Assembly: GCF_902459465.1 (NCBI RefSeq)
Contig: NC_047077.1
Span: 1,054,001-1,118,000, forward strand
Direction of reading: 5' to 3'
Source of the DNA: Asterias rubens
Lineage: Eukaryota
Length of the DNA: 64,000 nt
Position 1 is the stretch's first letter. The number at the start of each line of letters is the position of its first letter. Below, in pieces: positions 13,720 to 26,511 of this stretch. The translations under genes were made by a program, and so were the position numbers. The notes under the pieces were generated by a model. The model was given only the letters and a program-made list of their open reading frames with translations, did not search any database and was not told the DNA's origin.

Positions 13720-14132
13720 TCAAAACATGGCATATACGTCACAAAAATAAAGCATTTCAAGTCAAAGTTTGCCTATATATATTTTTTTTTTAAACGTTTG
13801 GTTGTTTTAATCTGAATAAACATGTAGATACATAACATAAAACAAACCTGTAAAAACATCATTTCGAAAGGTGGTCTCGCTTTTAAGATATTGTAGAAAA
13901 TCCTCAGCGAACATGTCTATGCAGGAAGAATAATAGGAATTTACACTATGAAAAACGTATACTGTAAAAGTGCTGTAAACTGATATGTTTTTTACAAAAT
14001 AACAATACTTCGCAGTGAAATAATTCTCAAAATGTTTAACACTATCGAAAGCTGGCGTAGGCTTCTAACCAATAGTTTGCAATGCCATTAATTTTGAGAG
14101 TGATTGATGCCAAACGAATGCTTTCCTTTTAA
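13720..14132 (+). mobile_element. TTAA MITE family B, diverged (left end not located)
   Basis: Right end CCAAACGAATGCTTTCCTT-TTAA; body similar to 37380-37535. Confidence 0.55.
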
Positions 14133-14339
14133 ATCAATCTACAATTGACTGATGCAGACTTGAACCGGACTGACTTGAACCTTTCCGGGTGGTCGTTATT
14201 GACATTTAATATTCAAGATAAGATAAAGTGCCAGGATAGTCAGACCGCATCAAATGTTGTCTTGTGTATGTGTTTGGGAGACACCTAATAGTGTACGAAT
14301 GCTGAATTTGTTCCTAAGCTGATCACAGACCCTCTCCCA

Positions 14340-14695
14340 AACTGTAGTCCTAAATTGAATATAGCCCCAACACTTTACCTAACTGTATCCTGGACGTAGC
14401 CCAAACCGTGGACCCAATTGTAGTCCAAGCCTAAATGTAGAACCAACCCTGTCCCTAACTGATGTAGTCCTAAGTTGGATATAGCCACAACCAGACAAGC
14501 TTGTACCTAAGTGTAGTCCTAAGTTGAGTATAGTCCTAACCATGAACCAATTGTAGTACTAAGTTGAATGTGATAGCTCCACCATCCTTATACCAAGTTG
14601 TCCAAGCCTAAATGTTGAGCCAACCCTATCCCTAATTGATGTGGTCCTAAGTTGAAAACAGCCACAACCTTGGGACCTAATTGTAGTCCTAATTC
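14340..14695. repeat. Degenerate tandem repeat (TGTAGTCCTAAGTTG motif)
   Basis: Motif recurs about 10 times with variable spacers. Confidence 0.7.
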
Positions 14696-15507
14696 TTGTA
14701 CGTATTGGTTTATTGACTTTCGCTAGTCACAATTCACTCTGACAGTTTATATTCAAATTAATGTCCGTCAGTTTGACAACCATGTAAAGCATTATGGAAA
14801 TGATGAGGCGCCCCTTTAACCTAAAAGAATGTCCAAAACATGTTCCACAAGTCTATCCATCGATTTAAGAAATGCCATCATTCGAGTGGTGGTCTTGATA
14901 TAACGAATACGTTACACGAGTCTACACAACGTCATCGTTGGCTTTTTCAAGAGACGGTTTTATAATGGACGTTGCGTGCGACCAATCATGATCAGTCTAA
15001 ACAGATAGTTGATGTATCTGCCCGTTTCAGCTCCCGGCGTCTAAATGACATCATTAGCTTACAAGCTGACTGTCTGGCAGAAGTATTTTGTGCAATGATA
15101 ATTGAAATAACAGACACGTACATGTATATGGGACTCCTCTTATGTTGTTTTTCCCCGGAGGAGGAATTTTATTTAAACTTCTTTTAATACAAACTACACA
15201 AACTGTTTGTGTAACTTACTACTTTAAGAACATATAAAGGAAAAAGCAAATGGCAAAAACCGGACATTTTATGAATGGCATTTAGTTAGCACATTGCAAC
15301 AACAAAAGACTCCTCTATTGTTATCAATCGTTGACACTCGTAACAAAATATATTTTAAGTATAAAACTTTCGGGATAATCGATGTTCACAAGTCTTTGGG
15401 GTTTTTTTCATTCAAAATTGTGGGTTGAGGTGAACTGAAAATAAAAAATCAGTGTACTTAATAACAAGGAAACCTTTTCAAACATTGTTAATAAGGGAAT
15501 ATTAATA

Positions 15508-16057
15508 AGGGTAGCGACGAGTTCCTAAACTGCCGTTTAAAACCGGCAGGGTCGTGGCCATGCGATAAAAGGCTCGAGCCTTTATCGCACGGCCACGACC
15601 CTGCAAGGTTTTTAACCGCAGTTTAAGAACGAGTCACTACTCTTTTACTCCCATTCATAAATAAATGCCTTTTGGGTTAAAAGGCTTAAAAGGCGTAATA
15701 AGTAAGAAACCCTGTAAAATTTTTCAATTTTCCGACGTCCTTGAGCTTTGTACGTGTGTTGCGTTTTGATAACTGAGACAGTTTTCGGATATGGCACCTG
15801 CACTCGTGCGCGTAGTTAGTGGTGGTGCAAGACGTTTCTCGTTTTCCTTTCACGCGCAGCGCGGCCAAAACACCAACAGCGCCCGCATCGCCCGTAACGA
15901 GAAACGTCTTGCACCGAGACTAGCGCGTGGTAGGCATCTAAACGTATCCGAAAACAACCGGTTATAAACAGCTCCAGCTGGTCTTTATCAACCGTTTAAA
16001 CACGTGACGCGCTCTCCACCAATAGGAATAGCGTAACTTTGTGAGGTATGTATGAAT
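15508..16057. mobile_element. Non-autonomous element with two long hairpins (Crypton-like architecture, tentative)
   Basis: About 65-bp imperfect stem at 15508-15643; perfect 20-bp IR 15824-15843/15896-15915; outer IR ATTCATAAATA (15653) / TATGTATGAAT (16047). Confidence 0.6.
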
Positions 16058-16587
16058 AGAAGTTAAAACCCACAAGGAAAACTGACTGGGTATTTGTTTT
16101 TATTGTTTTGTGTTGATTTTGTGATTGGACAGAGAAGTCGCTGGCTCCATTCCCACCCCACTGTCAATTGCCTTGTTCAACCCAAGTACACTACTTTTTT
16201 TCTCTATTGAGTTTTGTATGTATAATAACTAGTTGTTCACAAACTAGAAATGGAAATTTGGTGTGGGTAGTTGGGTGGATGGGTTGAAACAAAATCGAAG
16301 AATCGAAATAGTGAAACATACTCACATGAGGACAGATTTTGCTAATTTCTACCAAACTTAATTTCAGTTGTGCCTTCAAAGATTCGTTAAAACTTGAATC
16401 AGTTTGGTTTTACTCCCTGTTGTGTTTATCATGGACGACGCACTTTAAGCGTGAATCAAATCCCATTTTCATGTTGGGACATTGGTTGTCGGTGAACCCT
16501 CCTTTGAACCTGATGACAAACTTTTCCTATGCGGGTAGGCCTATTTGCAACACTGAGCTCGTAATGATATTTGAAATATATCAAACC

Positions 16588-16695
16588 AGGAACACTGAGG
16601 CGAACCCCTTCCCTTTTCGATTAGTGCACTGGGTTATTTTACCTGCGTTACACAACACACGGCACCAACGGCTTCACGTCCCATCCGAAGGACTG
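16588..16695 (-). mobile_element. SINE S1 core fragment
   Basis: Reverse complement of CCTTCGGATGGGACGTAAAGCCGTTGG...CCCAGTGCA in the 20772 copy. Confidence 0.85.
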
Positions 16696-17282
16696 CATGC
16701 TATCGAGGCTGCTTTTAAGTTTAGAATGTACGTACTTGTACGCACTTGTTTGTTCAACGTTCAACGAAGCACAATGCCAAGTAATGACATGTCACCGATG
16801 GTGTTAACTAATTAGTGAATGGTACCTCCACGGAGACGACCCAATCAACTGTGTGAGTTGGAAGCTAGAATCGGCGGTTAACGACCGTACAGTTTCCCGT
16901 TTGGCTGTTGATTGTGCGCGGATCGGAGATACCAACAATTATGGTAACTCTAATGTACCGTTTCTCCTCGCCGTCTTATATCCGACCAGTAACACACCGT
17001 TGTGTGCAGTCGGCGAGAGAAATTAAGAATAACTATAGCGGGCATTCGATGAAGAAGAATAATAAGAAGAGGGGGGGGGGGGTTATTGTGATGCGGCAAG
17101 TTGGACGAGCTAATGAGATAAGTGGAGATTAGATCGCGTTTCTATCTATAGATCGAACGGAAAGAACCTTGTGGGGTTGACTTTGGACGATTCTTGTGTG
17201 ACCAATGATAAGGGTGAGGGTTTAATGTGGTAGTAATTTTCCACTCGAATCAATGTTTATGACTCGTCTATGATTGAAATAG

Positions 17283-17650
17283 TTAAGGCACTGGACACCA
17301 TCGGTAATTACTCAAAATAATTGTTAGCATAAACAGTTAATTGGTAACGAGCAATGGAGAGCTGTTGACAGTACAAAACATTGGGAGAAACGGCTCCCCC
17401 TGAAGTAATGCATTTTTTTTTTGGAAAGAGGGTAATTTCTTACCCAAATAATAAAATGCTTCAGTTGAAGCCTTTTATTATGCATCTGAAAGCACACAAA
17501 GTAATGCAACAAGGGTGTTTTTTCTTTCATTATTCTGTTGCAACTTCGATGACCAATTGAGCTTAATTAACCTCCAGGGTTTGTTAATTTTTGAATTGGT
17601 TGGGATACACCAAGTGAGCAGACTGATCTTTGAAAATTACCACGTGTAAT
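17283..17650 (+). mobile_element. MITE family A, old diverged copy
   Basis: TTAA-GGCACTGGACACCATCGGTAATTACTC left end, collinear body, eroded right TIR. Confidence 0.85.
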
Positions 17651-18713
17651 TTGAAGGAACAAAATTATTCACCGAAATGAATACTAATGTGATACTCGAG
17701 GCGGTTGTTTTGGAAGGCAAAACGGGACCAATACTTAGTAAAGAGGGTTTAGAAAGCAGGCCAGTACAGCTAGAGGTCTGGTGCCTAACTGACCCGGGAA
17801 AACCTTACTTTAAAAAGGTTCCCGGCACGGATGAAAAACTAGACAGGGTAAATGGAGCCCCCAAAATAGCTGCAAAAACAAAGGCTTTGCGGTCCTGAAG
17901 CTACATGACTTGTCCACGACCTCGACAAAAACAAGACAAGCGCTGCGACGACACGAGCCTGATGCTCTCAGAGTTGAAGGATTAGACATTTTATCTCGAG
18001 AAAAAAAAAAAAAAAATAGAACAGACTTTTTGAAGAGCATTTGTAAGTACACGATCCAAGGACATTTTACTCCGTGTGCATATTTTCAATGGGGATACAG
18101 CAGCAAGACTCGAGTCAACAACTTAGCGAAAGCTCCCTCGCGTCTTCGTCCATATTCACTAATCCCGGACTTGGATTATGTCTCAGTTTATATGCCCAAC
18201 CAATAGCAAGGGGCGGATTAAAATATTAAGTTTTAAACAGTGAGGGATCAAACTGGGTTAATGAAGGCGAGTTAAGGAGATAATCATACATGATATCATC
18301 AGACAGGCCATTGATGCAAACGAAAAATGTAATTTACCTCATTGCCTCAAATTTAACTACAGTTAAATTAGATGAGGAGATAAACGGTACCAAGTTTAAA
18401 TTAATATCAAAACAAGGCAACCTGATAAATAATTCGACCTCTCAGACAAACGGATTACAAACTCGTGAAGCACTCCTCCCCTAATATAAACCATCTAATC
18501 TAGGCCAATGATTCAGAACATCTTATTTGTTTTTGAGCATCTATTCCCGGGTGTTCTATTGTTAATCCATCATAACAGCTTCCTATCAAAAAGCAAATCC
18601 GATCACAACTTCTAAAATAGACGACGGATGAATCGCATAAATTTATGACCTAATAACATCTTATATTTTTCATACGAAAAAGCAACATGTCATGACCCGC
18701 CATAATGCGTCAG

Positions 18714-19196
18714 TTAAAGACCTGCTTGAACGAAAATGTCAAGTCGTGAACTTTCTGAATTCCACTTAAAATGTTTTCGATGAATAAACAAATCGAGTCA
18801 TATGATTATAAATAGGTTTCAATTGTGTAAAAAACAATAATTTCGTATGCCCTTGTCCAGAGCCTTTCTGCGAGATTTGCGAAAAGCCCCGTGGCGTAAT
18901 CACTCTCAAAACGTCATAAGTAGATAAAGCCGCTTTGTTGCAGCGTGGATGTATAACAAAGCAAACTCCCACAAATGACGTCAGCGGCATTGTCCTTTGA
19001 CGCCCGCTCTCAACGGCAGAAGTGTTTTTAGTTTTTCAAAAAACCTTTAGGTAGGGGCCTGATTTTTTACTCGATAATTACGAAAAGTTCAGAAGTGTAC
19101 ACATATCAAAATTACGTTAAAATGGTGAACAAGTGCATTATAAACAAGTAAAAATACCATTTCTGTTGAAAACATTCCGCTCAGGTAGCTGTTTAA
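18714..19196. mobile_element. TTAA MITE (separate family), diverged TIRs
   Basis: TTAAAGACCTGCTTGAACGAAAATGT versus ACATTCCGCTCAGGTAGCTGTTTAA (imperfect inverted match). Confidence 0.55.
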
Positions 19197-19203
19197 GGCA
19201 GTG

Positions 19204-19564
19204 TTAAGGGGACACTATTGACTTCGGATTAGGGCGCTTTGGGATATAAAAGCATGTGCTTTAGGGGTAAGTTCGAGTGGCGACCATTTTGTCAACCACT
19301 ATAGTCAATTACCCTTGGTAAGCTACGCGTGCAATCGACCTGGGTATCAGGCAAAATCACCCATAATGGTCGACTTTTTGACTCCACAAAATGGCCGACC
19401 GTGTAATTGGCAAAGTAAAAGGAAAACAGTGCAATTTCGTGGCGTATTTGTGTGGATCATTGTATTCTATACTTTTAAACCATCTTTCTAACCATACGCA
19501 TTTCATAAACAACGGTTACAACACTTACACAAAATCGCCTTGTCCAAGGCAACGTGTCCCTTTA
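19204..19564. mobile_element. Relative of foldback MITE C with a non-matching left arm
   Basis: From about 19375 it matches the right arm of 25237-25628; the left half is different sequence. Confidence 0.75.
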
Positions 19565-20015
19565 CTACCAACTCGACCTTCTTCTCAACCAATCCTTTGC
19601 ACACTGTTATATTGGGATGTGTACATGTTCAACGATTTGTGGCCGTACAAACTACCCATTTATGTAACCTTCACATTGACATAAATGTTACTGTGTGCAA
19701 ATAAATATTTTGATAGTTTTTGTTGGAACAAAACCTTAAATTTTTCCTGTGGAATAAATTTACCGATATTGATGACTAAATGTATTTGATATAAGCCAGC
19801 ACAATAGTATTCGATCACAACACGATCCGCCGGTATAGAGTTGACTCTTTATAGTTAACCAAGAAGTAAGCGATCCAAATTCAATTTCATACAAACGAAC
19901 GCTCGCCTTTCCTTACGGTAGCCTGGTAATACAATTGGATCGTGATATTACACAAAAGTATCATTTTGATTCAACCGTGACCTTAATGCCATATCCACAA
20001 TTATCCAGTCAATAC

Positions 20016-20187
20016 CTTCCTTTGCTAAACAGTGACTCATCAGAACATAGAGGTAGGATCAGAATTATCAGGGTCTGTTTAGAGCTCAATTTAATTTTGT
20101 GTCTGTATGTTATTCTGTACTTTCCGGCTGCGTGCCAAGCCGGTAGTTTTACCCGTAGACATTGACTGAGTGCAGCATTAAGGTAAC
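20016..20187 (-). CDS. Candidate coding exon (172 bp; YLNAALSQCLRVKLP...SLFSKG)
   Basis: Acceptor GTCTTTTTCTAG|, donor GAAG|GTATTG, one fully open frame; no recognisable homology. Confidence 0.25.
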
Positions 20188-20771
20188 CTAGAAAAAGACA
20201 AGACGATAGCAAGCGATGGAAGCAAAGTCCACACGCTCACGGATTTCTGCAGCCGATCTGTTATTAAGACTTTTTCCAAGGGCGACAGCAATATAGATTT
20301 ATGGCGCAATGTTTGAATAAGAATAAGCACGAGGGCCGGAGAAGCAAACAAAAGGCAGGACTGGGCAAGTTGAGGAGCTAATGAAATACGTCTGCGTGGC
20401 GTCGGGTATCGTATGACGATACACAGCAGTAGTCACAGTGCAAATAGTCATGGAAACTCCCAATGGACTGGGTTATGTCGAATAGCGCGCACTTACTAGG
20501 TCTTACATGGTCTTACAAGCCCAAAGGAATCAAAAGGGTTTAAGAGATGAGGCATAGAGATGACAACTGAAATATGGGTTAACGTATAAAGAGACCTTTC
20601 GAAGACTGCCCACGTTCTCGCCCCCACTGTAGTGCTTTGCCGTCTATCATACATGTTTCATTAAAATGCTAGGTCATGTTCTCGTTCTCGTACACTCACG
20701 CGACATTTCAATTATCTTTGTGTAGTATAAACTAGTAGGACACTGCGAAACTGAATTGTTAAAATAAACAC

Positions 20772-21193
20772 GAGGTGTGGTGTCATTCGACTCTGGTGTT
20801 TCTGATCAGCAGAGTGTGGGTTTGAGTCCCAGTCGTGACATTTGTGTCTTTAAGCAAGACACTTTAACAGCCATAATGATTCGTCCTTCGGATGGGACGT
20901 AAAGCCGTTGGTACCGTGTGTTGTGTGACGCACGTAAAATAACCCAGTGCATTTTTTTCAAAAAGAGAAGGGGTTCGCTCCGGTGTTCCTGGTTTGATTT
21001 GCTGCATGTTGCGCCACAGCTCATTGTAAACCATTATGGCGCCATGTAGTAAAGGAGTAGTCCCACAATTCAAACTAAGTCCCACATACCTTGTTGGAAA
21101 ATACTGACTGTTGAAGCGCCTTGAGCGTCACTGAGTGACGGATATGAAGGCTTTATTTTAAGAAGCCACTATTTATATTATTATTATATTATT
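20772..21193 (+). mobile_element. Full-length tRNA-derived SINE S1 with L2/CR1-like 3' tail
   Basis: B-box GGTTTGAGTCC at 20819; core TTAAGCAAGACACTT; tail GAAGCGCCTTGAG... ending in a (TAT)n repeat. Confidence 0.9.
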
Positions 21194-21838
21194 AGGTTGA
21201 CTGAACAAAGACAAATGTATAGACATAAGGACATGTCAGTTAAGCTAACCCTAACTTTCCTTTACATGACAAACAGACTGAGAAAGTGGATCAAGCAGTG
21301 GGCCCTATATACATAGCAAAACGGAGAACTACCAAACAGAGAAGGGCAATACACGCGGGCAGGGAAATATTTGTTTGCCTTATTTGCAGTTAGCTCATAC
21401 ATGATATGGTGTACTGGTTAAACTGGTTTACGGGGATTCACAAACATAGACATAAATCGCCTGGCCATGCTACACCGAGCCCCGGCTCTAGATTCCCCAT
21501 GACCCGATTCCCGGAGACAAGGAAAACCCAATTTTCCGACCGCAAAGTTTCAGCAATTTGATAAAAATGGATTTCTGGAACGTCAAGCCCGTCGGGTGTC
21601 AACCATTCAGGGGATTATTGACTCTTTCCCCATCACCTTTTTTTTGGGTTGTTATAGCTACTGTTTTTTCAAATTCATTTTGAGCTTGCAATCATCTTGG
21701 GTTTTTTTTCCAGTTACCGAGGGAGAAACACAAACACATGAGAATGTAAAATAATGAGCGACATTTTAGGATGATATCTTCGAGACAACTGGACTGTGAT
21801 TTATAAAAAGAAAAAATTACTTTGAAAGCTCTCGTGGT

Positions 21839-22196
21839 TTAAAGTCAGTGGACACTATTGGTAATTACTCAAAATAATTATTAGCATAAAACCTTACTTG
21901 GTGTCGAGTAATGGGGACAGGTTGATGGTATCAAACATTGTGAGAAACGGCTCTCTCTGAAGTGACATAGTTTTCGAGAAAGAAGTAATTTTCCACGAGT
22001 TTGATTTTTGAGACCTCAGATTTAGAACTTGAGGTCTCGAAATCAACCATCTAAACGCACACAACTTCATGAGACAATGGTGTTTTTCTTTCATTATTAT
22101 TTCGCAACTTTGTTATTTTATGCATAAAATATGTTGAGATACACCAAGTGAGAAAACTAGTCTTTGACAATTACCAATAGTGTCCAGTGTCTTTAA
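21839..22196 (+). mobile_element. MITE family A
   Basis: TIRs with TTAA at both ends; small internal deletion. Confidence 0.95.
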
Positions 22197-22509
22197 GTGA
22201 CAACGATAGTCTTAATCCTCCATATAAATATTCCCTCCTAAAAAAGCACTCTACTACCAATGCTGTTCACATGTTTTGCTTTCGCGCGTACTAAAACCAA
22301 AAGACAGAAAAGAAAAGTTGAAACATACGTTTTCTCGCCCTTCATATTTTTTTTAAAGCACGGTGTATTTTGTTGCGTACAGCTTATTTTCTTTGAAGAC
22401 AACGTATCGACAATCCGCCTAAAAAGTAAGCCACACGGACAAGGCAATGTTTAGAATACGCAATATGAATAAACCATTAAACAAATTATCAATCATAACG
22501 TACAAATTA

Positions 22510-22730
22510 ATAACTTGTGACTAATTTGTGAATAATCCATACACATACAAAAACTAATGTTCGTATACAAAACATTTATCCGTACGTATACAAATATTAG
22601 TTATCTGTATAACGTATGAATTAGTAGTAATCCATAACTCAGATTTAAAATTACCCCATACGTAAACAATTACTAGCCTGTACTAACGAAACAGTAATCC
22701 ATGTTTACGAATTAGTCATCCGACCTTGCG
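22510..22730. repeat. Highly degenerate short tandem repeat (GTATACGAATTAGTAATCC-like)
   Basis: Recurrent TACGAA/TAATCCAT motifs. Confidence 0.4.
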
Positions 22731-23627
22731 GAACAGTCATGCCTTTGTGTGAATTTGTGTCTCACTCCCCTCTTTTAATTGCAAGGTTTCCCCTATGTCA
22801 GTTGTCGTCTTTTAGAAGTATTAGTTTTGTGTTGTTCTTGTGGCCTGTTATCTCCACTGGCTCTCTTTTTGTTGCTATATTTGATATTATCGGTATTACT
22901 TGATGATTGGATATCGATGCTATCTATGCCTTCCCAAATAATGCGAATGTAATTTTAGAAAAGACCCTCACAAAAACAAACCATGTTGTGCCCCGACATG
23001 ACGCTCCGGCGTGTAATCTGTAGATTAGTTTCATCAAACAGCCGCAGGGCGCAATTATTGGCGACTATTCTCGCTTGACCGTGAAGCGCCCTCTAGAGAA
23101 ATCAGCACGCAGAATAAACGTTGTAATTGGCCGAGCCCTGGGCGTATCCAGCCGGTTGAGGATGAGAGCACTGGCTCCGCTCGGAGGACCTGAACCACGT
23201 AGAACTAATTTTAACTGTTTTCAGAATGTTCCACCGATTGGCAGCTTCTTTCATGTGCTTGGCTTGTTCGCGCACTTCGGTCCTCCGAACGGATGGGCAC
23301 TTGCGCATTAAACCATTCCCCATTTTTAAATCATTAAAACATTGTCATTTTTACACGAAATGTGGTTAGCATGTAGCTCTATTGAAATACATTGCAATTG
23401 TCATTGTCTGCATTGTACTTAAAACGCATGGCTTAATTACAATATTCTTCATACTCCAGTTTAAAAATGGAGGCTCTATGCTTTTTCAGGATCATAATAT
23501 GTGAAATTTTATGTTTGGGCTCAGTGCGCTGTCGCGGCATAATTGCTCCAATCACTGCATCCTGAACATCAATATGTGTCAGTCTCCATCCTAGAATAAA
23601 GACCGCGGTAACCCACACGAAACCTTT

Positions 23628-23730
23628 TGGGTGCAGCAAACTTACCAGGTAAATCCATTGTACCTGGTAATGCGCTTGCTCAGAGCTACGAAAACAATGG
23701 AAATTACCCTGGTAAGTCTGATGCCACCTA
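23628..23730. mobile_element. Mini inverted-repeat element (about 100 bp)
   Basis: GGTGCAGCAAACTTACCAGGTAAATCCATTGT pairs with ACAATGGAAATTACCCTGGTAAGTCTGATGCCACC. Confidence 0.65.
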
Positions 23731-24430
23731 GCGTTACCAAGTCTCTCATTAACCAGGCCGGAAGAATTGGAACATGTTTCAGAAAATTTACCCTGACAAC
23801 CCATTAGCCTGTGGCCACCAAACCCAGGCCAAACAAATCGAAATAATCAAATCACTGCTGCCAAATCAGCCAAACACATAAAGAACCTTATCGCGTGGAA
23901 TGCGGTGCATGCTGGTCTAAGTGATGAAGTTTGATCGCTAGCTAGACATAGTGCACCTCATTTATCAGTAAGCTCTTGTGCAATATGTTGATGACGGTCA
24001 AGGTTTGTGTTAAGGCTAGACACTAATAATTAGTGCTAGTGTCATCAGTTGTCAGAATTACTTGTCACAATGCCAGGATTACATGCACATCCCTCTCGTG
24101 TGCAGCTGCTTCAAGCCTTCTTCACTCCTTGGTTCGCTCCAAGCCTCTTTACAAAATACATTGTTTGTTTTTCACTGGCACTTTCTTTTTACGTAGTGCA
24201 AATAAACGTCTGATGCGTCTCATTCCAGTATACATCTAATGTACCTTGTGACGATTGTGTGACCCTGGAGTTCGGAACGTATTGCAGGCGTTGAATGCCC
24301 CTGTGAGCACCAGCGCCCATTGCTTCTCGGCAAACTTTTATCGTAGCTCAAGTCGTGGGAACACCTTTGGCATCCATCCCATGTCTTAGTTGCGCTTTCA
24401 TGTCTGATTTTTTGTCATACGCCGGTCTAC

Positions 24431-24795
24431 TTACAGACGCTATTGGTAATTACTTAAAATAATTGTTGGCATAAAATTTACTTAAACAAACAATGGGAGC
24501 TGTTGATTGTGAGAAACTGCTCCCATTGTAGTACGTATTTTTCGAGAGAGAAGTAACTTTCAATGAATTTGATTTCGAGATCTCAGATTTTGAAGTTGAG
24601 GTCTCAAAATCAAGCATCTGAAAGTAAACAACTTCGTGTGACAAGATGTTTTTTCTTCCATTATTATCTCACAACTTCGACCACCAATTTAGTTCAAACT
24701 TTCACAGTTTTTTTATGCATTTTAGGTTGAGATACACCAAGTGAGAAGACTGGTTTTTCACAGTTACCAATTATTGATAATGTCCATTGTCTTTA
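24431..24795 (+). mobile_element. MITE family A, diverged with eroded ends
   Basis: CTATTGGTAATTAC...GATTTCGAGATCTCAGA...GAGATACACCAAGTGAG collinear with the family. Confidence 0.85.
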
Positions 24796-24984
24796 TTGAT
24801 CAGTCTAACTGGAGCTGTAGGTCATGGACTAGTTGTTAATTATAAGACAGTGGCACTTTGATGGGCGGTCTGTTTTTGTTTCCATTGTGTTGGCCCCTTT
24901 GTAATGATTGCCATATTTAATAATGTAGGTCACTTCGAGAGTGTGTTGCATTTGGTAAACGTCAACGAGAACATGCTCCTTAAT

Positions 24985-25125
24985 TGGTCTCAACATTATA
25001 TACATAAATTAAAATAGCGGAACTGTGAACATTTGGGCTCAATTGGTCATCGAAGTTGCAATAAAATAATGAAAGAAAAAAATGCAGCTTTGTTGCATAG
25101 AATTGTGTGATTTCAGATGCCAAAC
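24985..25125 (-). mobile_element. MITE family A fragment
   Basis: Reverse complement of the 3' body (GGGCTCAATTGGTCATCGAAGTTGC). Confidence 0.7.
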
Positions 25126-25236
25126 TTTGAACATTTCTTCTCGTTCCCATTCATCTCGATTGGCGCTAATTATACTGTTGGATGTGAAACTAAAATAAAT
25201 AGTCAAAAATAGATCTCACTTTTTATAATGGGACGG

Positions 25237-25628
25237 TTAAAGGAACACGTTGCCTTGGATCGGACGAGTTGTTCTATAAAAAGCGTTTGAAACCGTTTGT
25301 TATGAAATACATATGGTTAGAAAGATGTTTTAAAAGTAGAATATAATGATCCACACAAGTATCACTCAAAATTGCGCGGTTTTCCTTTTACGTCGCAAAC
25401 TATCATGGTTGGCCATTTATGGGAGCCAAAATTTTGACTCCCATAAATGGCCGACCGTGTAATTGGATGAGGTAAAAAGAAAACCACGCAATGTCGAGGA
25501 AATTTTTGTGTAGTTCATTGTATTCTACTTTTACAACATCTTTCTAACCATATGCATTTTATAACAAACGGTTACAAAACGCTTTTCAAAGACCAACTCG
25601 ACCGATCCAAGGCAACGTGTTCCTTTAA
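25237..25628. mobile_element. Foldback MITE C (whole element is a ~190-bp-arm palindrome), TTAA TSD
   Basis: TTAA-AGGAACACGTTGCCTTGGATCGG...CCGATCCAAGGCAACGTGTTCCT-TTAA; symmetry continues to the centre GGGAGCCAAAATTTTGACTCCC. Confidence 0.95.
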
Positions 25629-25996
25629 GAGTGGAAAGCGTTTTGGGAACAGAAACAAGAAGAAGGGAATAATTAATAAACAGGCGAAAAAATGCAAAAT
25701 AATGACAACAGAAAGCTGTTCATTTGGTGGATGATGCACGAATGAGTACATGAACCAGACTATAAATTGAAGTCGAAAAGGCGTTCCTCGGAATCCTCCT
25801 TCGGTAAAAATGTGTGAAAGGGCGGTTTGTACAGCCCAGTGCTCCCGGTACTTCCTATGTTTTCACGGCAAATTGTTGAATGCCTTTATTTCTGATTTGA
25901 CTCATTAGCGATGCGAGCGAGCCAGCCACCCCCGAAAAGAAAAAACCCCGGCCAGATGGTAGCGCGCCAAATCCACAAGGCAAATCGAAAATGATC

Positions 25997-26020
25997 GTTG
26001 CCATGGCGACGATGACGTCA
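25997..26020. promoter_or_regulatory. RFX X-box plus adjacent CRE in a CpG-rich promoter-like island
   Basis: GTTGCCATGGCGAC (13/14 to GTTGCCATGGCAAC) at 25997 and TGACGTCA at 26013; GC-rich 25.9-26.15 kb. Confidence 0.55.
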
Positions 26021-26511
26021 ACGACACATTGTGTGCATGATTTGCCGGCTGTTGCAGGGGGGGGGGGAGTGGAGGGCTGGGGGTTGACGGACGTTGTGTG
26101 GAGCCGGCGGCCGTTAATCGGTTGAAATAGGGTGTCTATGCGATGAAACATTTTTAACTCACTGGCTGTGGGTTTCCATCGTGGGAAGCGATGATGGTGA
26201 CGAAGATAGAGGCGACTCAAATTAAATTACCATGGAAAAATACAAATTTGGTATAAATTGCAGATGTGTTTTTTGTTGTCTGCGATCATTAAAGTATAGC
26301 GTTTGGGAGCATTCCTCTATCTAGCGTCCGGTAGCCTCTGCAGACACGCCCCATAGGCAATGAATGAGTGCTAGATATCATCGACAATGAATAAACAAGC
26401 ACAGCGGCCTTTATTCTTTACTGCTACAGATGATTTCTTTCAAAATTACACTGAGTAAAGAACATGGAAATAAACAAAAACTGGGGTTTGAGAGTAAAGT
26501 CAGTTTGAAAT

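Noticed and set aside
23433-23804. 123-aa - strand ORF
   Set aside because: Runs through the 23628-23730 inverted-repeat element; no splice or homology support
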